Shown here in pieces: positions 61,101-64,000 of a stretch of DNA of 64,000 nucleotides (the first letter of the stretch is position 1; each line of letters begins with the position of its first letter). The notes under the pieces are model-generated. The model was not told the DNA's origin, made no database searches, and worked only from the letters and a program-made list of their open reading frames with translations. Source of the DNA: Eutreptiella sp. 'Long Island Sound 2002' (Eukaryota > Protista > Euglenida); assembly GCA_964036045.1 (NCBI GenBank), contig OZ038379.1, positions 13,020,001-13,084,000 on the forward strand, given 5' to 3'. Made by a program: the position numbers and the translations under genes.

Positions 61101-64000
61101 TCTGTGTTGGCAAATACAAAACATAAATGCACTGTACAAATCAGACTGACGTATGAAGCAACAACACATTCTAACCTCACATGTACAAACATGAAAAAAT
61201 GCAAACACGGGACAAACCAAAAGAGCTGGCTAACCTAAATGGCACACGGAGTCAATTGTACGTCTTTTACGCAACATAGCTAAGATTTGATTGTACCAAC
61301 CTTTCACAAGAGAGAAACAAACTCCTAGACAGCTACCATGCATTGTGCATCTGAAAGCCTTCACCACTCTTGGATGTTTTTTGTTTTGTCAGTGTGCCAG
61401 TCTGCTCTGTTAAAGCGAGATGTATCAATGATGAAAACCAAAACAGACACAGTGTCACCTATGCAGCAGTGGTGCATGGCTGTGCACCTACACCATCAGA
61501 TTAGTCTGTCCTGCTTGGCTGGACCCTAGCACAGCAAACGTACCTTACATTGCAACCATTGTGTGCATGTGCACAATGCAACAACACTATCTGCAATATA
61601 CACAGACAACATTGCATCCCATCAGTCAATATTCGTTTAAGCATGTATCGATCAGACAAATGCCTCAAAGCATCACATTTTCTTGGAACCCTTGGCCCAC
61701 TGGTTTTTCTACACCCTACAGTGCACACTCAAAATCATCATCTATCTTCTACAGCAACACATACCCCCATCTGATGACACCCAAACAACGACAACAAAGC
61801 AACGCATGGCCATGATGCAGGAATTGTGGCAGGAATGGTTTAACATCAAGCTTCAGCTACAAATTAAAATCCCCATTGCACAATATTACATCCAAATGTA
61901 CAAATCAACAACCAAGTGTGACTCCTAACATCATGCCCTAAAAATACAAGCAAGAAAGACACTTGGATACCCTGTTTCTGGATAAGGAGGTGCGATGTCT
62001 CAGTCCAACAGGGAACATAAGTAAAATCAATGGCACGTCATAGAGCTGGGTAAAATGTCATCCTCCCATCGAACATAAATTTGCAACACCGGAACTAGAA
62101 ATATGCAAAAAAGAAAAGGGGATGCACACTTAAATCGTCAAGATCAATCCACTAATCTCCATATCCACTGCACCACTGTTGTTGTTCTGTTCACATTGTC
62201 TCTCAAATGAACACAATGCCCTGTGAATCTCACGCTCAATGGGTCTACCAAAGTGAGTCACTCACGTTGGTAACATTACTGTTAGATAGACATGTCATCA
62301 CAGCTCAGCTACCTCAGCTACCGAGGCCTTGCGGATCACAGCAGCGTAAAGCCATGGCATGATATCCACGTTGCTTATTGGGTAGATAGATTTACTAGTG
62401 TTGCATTTGTTCTTCAACCTGGATATGTCCATCACCACCCACATTCTATCTGCACATCTACCATATTGTATCATTGAAATATAATCGCAGCCACCAGCTG
62501 TGCAGATACTTTAGCCAACCCTTTCACAGCCACATGCAGATCCATCTTCCATTCGCCTTTCAGTCCAACAGGGAACACAATTGAAATCATAGTTGGTCAT
62601 CGAGCTGGGTAAGGTCTCATCATGGCACTTACATAACACAAACACCTGCATCTGAACACAAAAAGTGTCACCAACAGCAAAGGCGTATCAGATTGAGGAC
62701 TGGAAGAATGGGTCACATCATTGCTCAGCAACACTACTCATCATTCGCCACCAAGAAATAGCACCTGCAACATCCCAAACATCGATCTTTCGGAACATGC
62801 CTCCGGGAGGGCACACCCACACCTTGTGGCTCAATGAAAGAGTGTAACACAGCCAACACCAGTTCTACGCAATGCCACAAATCCCAATCTCCAATGAGGT
62901 GATTCAGCAGTGGTTGAGGACATGTGGAACATCAGCAATCAGCAAATACACAAACTCATCACAACCTCAGTACGTGTAATGGCCATTGATGAAATGCTTA
63001 GGCAGTGGTTCAGGATTGTCTTGACATCATGAACACAAATAGCATAAGTCCCCCTGACAGAAAGCTCACAGGCAGAGACTCTGTGTTGGCAAATACAAAA
63101 CATAAATGCACTGTACAAATCAGACTGACATATGAAGCAACAACACATTCTAACCTCACATGTACAAACATGAAAAAATGCAAACACTGGACAAACCAAA
63201 AGAGCTGGCTAACCTAAATGGCACACGGAGTCAATTGTACGTCTTCTACGCAACATAGCTAAGATTTGATTGTACCAACCTTTCACAAGAGAGAAACAAA
63301 CTCCTAGACAGCTACCATGCATTGTGCATCTGAAAGCCTTCACCACTCTTGGATGTTTTTTGTTTTGTCAGTGTGCCAGTCTGCTCTGTTAAAGCGAGAT
63401 GTATCAATGATGAAAACCAAAACAGACACAGTGTCACCCATGCAGCAGTGGTGCATGGCTGTGCACCTACACCATCAGATTAGTCTGTCCTGCTTGGCTG
63501 GACCCTAGCACAGCAAACGTACCTTACATTGCAACCATTGTGTGCATGTGCACAATGCAACAACACTATCTGCAATATACACAGACAACATTGCATCCCA
63601 TCAGTCAATATTCGTTTAAGCATGTATCGATCAGACAAATGCCTCAAAGCATCACATTTTCTTGGAACCCTTGGCCCACTGGTTTTTCTACACCCTACAG
63701 TGCACACTCAAAATCATCATCTATCTTCTACAGCAACACATACCCCCATCTGATGACACCCAAACAACGACAACAAAGCAACGCATGGCCATGATGCAGG
63801 AATTGTGGCAGGAATGGTTTAACATCAAGCTTCAGCTACAAATTAAAATCCCCATTGCACAATATTACATCCAAATGTACAAATCAACAACCAAGTGTGA
63901 CTCCTAACATCATACCCTAAAAATACAAGCAAGAAAGACACTTGGATACCCTGTTTTTGGATAAGGAGGTGCGATGTCTCAGTCCAACAGGGAACATAAG

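Larger units (their letters stand above)
9393..64000. repeat. Head-to-tail tandem array of ~2-kb units, 27 copies plus a partial, continuing beyond the window
   Basis: A marker recurs at 9738, 11718, 13698, 15677, 17763, 19849, 21935, 24021, 26107, 28204, 30301, 32398, 34495, 36592, 38689, 40782, 42875, then every 1979 bp to 62665. Confidence 0.99.
9393..64000 (-). ncRNA. Tandemly amplified snoRNA gene cluster (about 7 box C/D genes per unit)
   Basis: Repeated RTGATGA-like...CTGA pairs 55-90 nt apart, all on the minus strand, with rRNA-antisense elements abutting D/D' boxes. Confidence 0.88.

Noticed and set aside
9700-64000. Recurrent 60-124 aa Cys/His-rich ORFs in every unit
   Set aside because: They overlap on both strands, show no recognisable domain, are broken or frameshifted by indels and start/stop variants among copies, and overlap better-supported RNA genes
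9393-64000. CRISPR array
   Set aside because: Units are ~2 kb and near-identical throughout, with no short repeat/unique spacer alternation and no cas genes; the context is eukaryotic
9393-64000. SL RNA, 5S rRNA, tRNA or rDNA repeat
   Set aside because: I found no euglenid SL exon, 5S internal promoter or tRNA cloverleaf; rRNA identity is limited to 9-13 nt patches beside C/D boxes, as expected for guides

Overview
Eukaryotic nuclear DNA in two parts; a euglenozoan (most likely euglenid) origin is inferred, not proven. (1) 1-8.4 kb: the 5' portion of a carnitine O-palmitoyltransferase 1 (CPT1)-like gene on the minus strand. Six coding exons join in frame through GT-AG introns with non-consensus donors, and the gene runs off the left edge. 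(2) ~9.1 kb to the right edge: a head-to-tail array of 27+ highly similar ~2.0-2.1 kb units (periods 1979/1980/2086/2093/2097 bp). The short ORFs called there are spurious. On the minus strand each unit is a cluster of about 7 box C/D methylation-guide snoRNA genes plus 1-2 candidate single-hairpin AGA-box RNAs. Guides sit in the +5 register for conserved rRNA sites (yeast 25S C2948 and A2281 equivalents; more tentatively 18S A436) and for an A2934 equivalent. That is roughly 190 C/D guide genes in the window, on the same strand as and directly upstream of CPT1. The array shows an indel block structure, a 107-bp optional hairpin cassette, a 4,194-bp dimer duplication, scattered box-disrupting variants, and a decayed terminal unit interrupted by a TA-flanked 675-bp insertion. 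rRNA matches were made against conserved rRNA sequence recalled from memory and need checking against the host's own rRNA.
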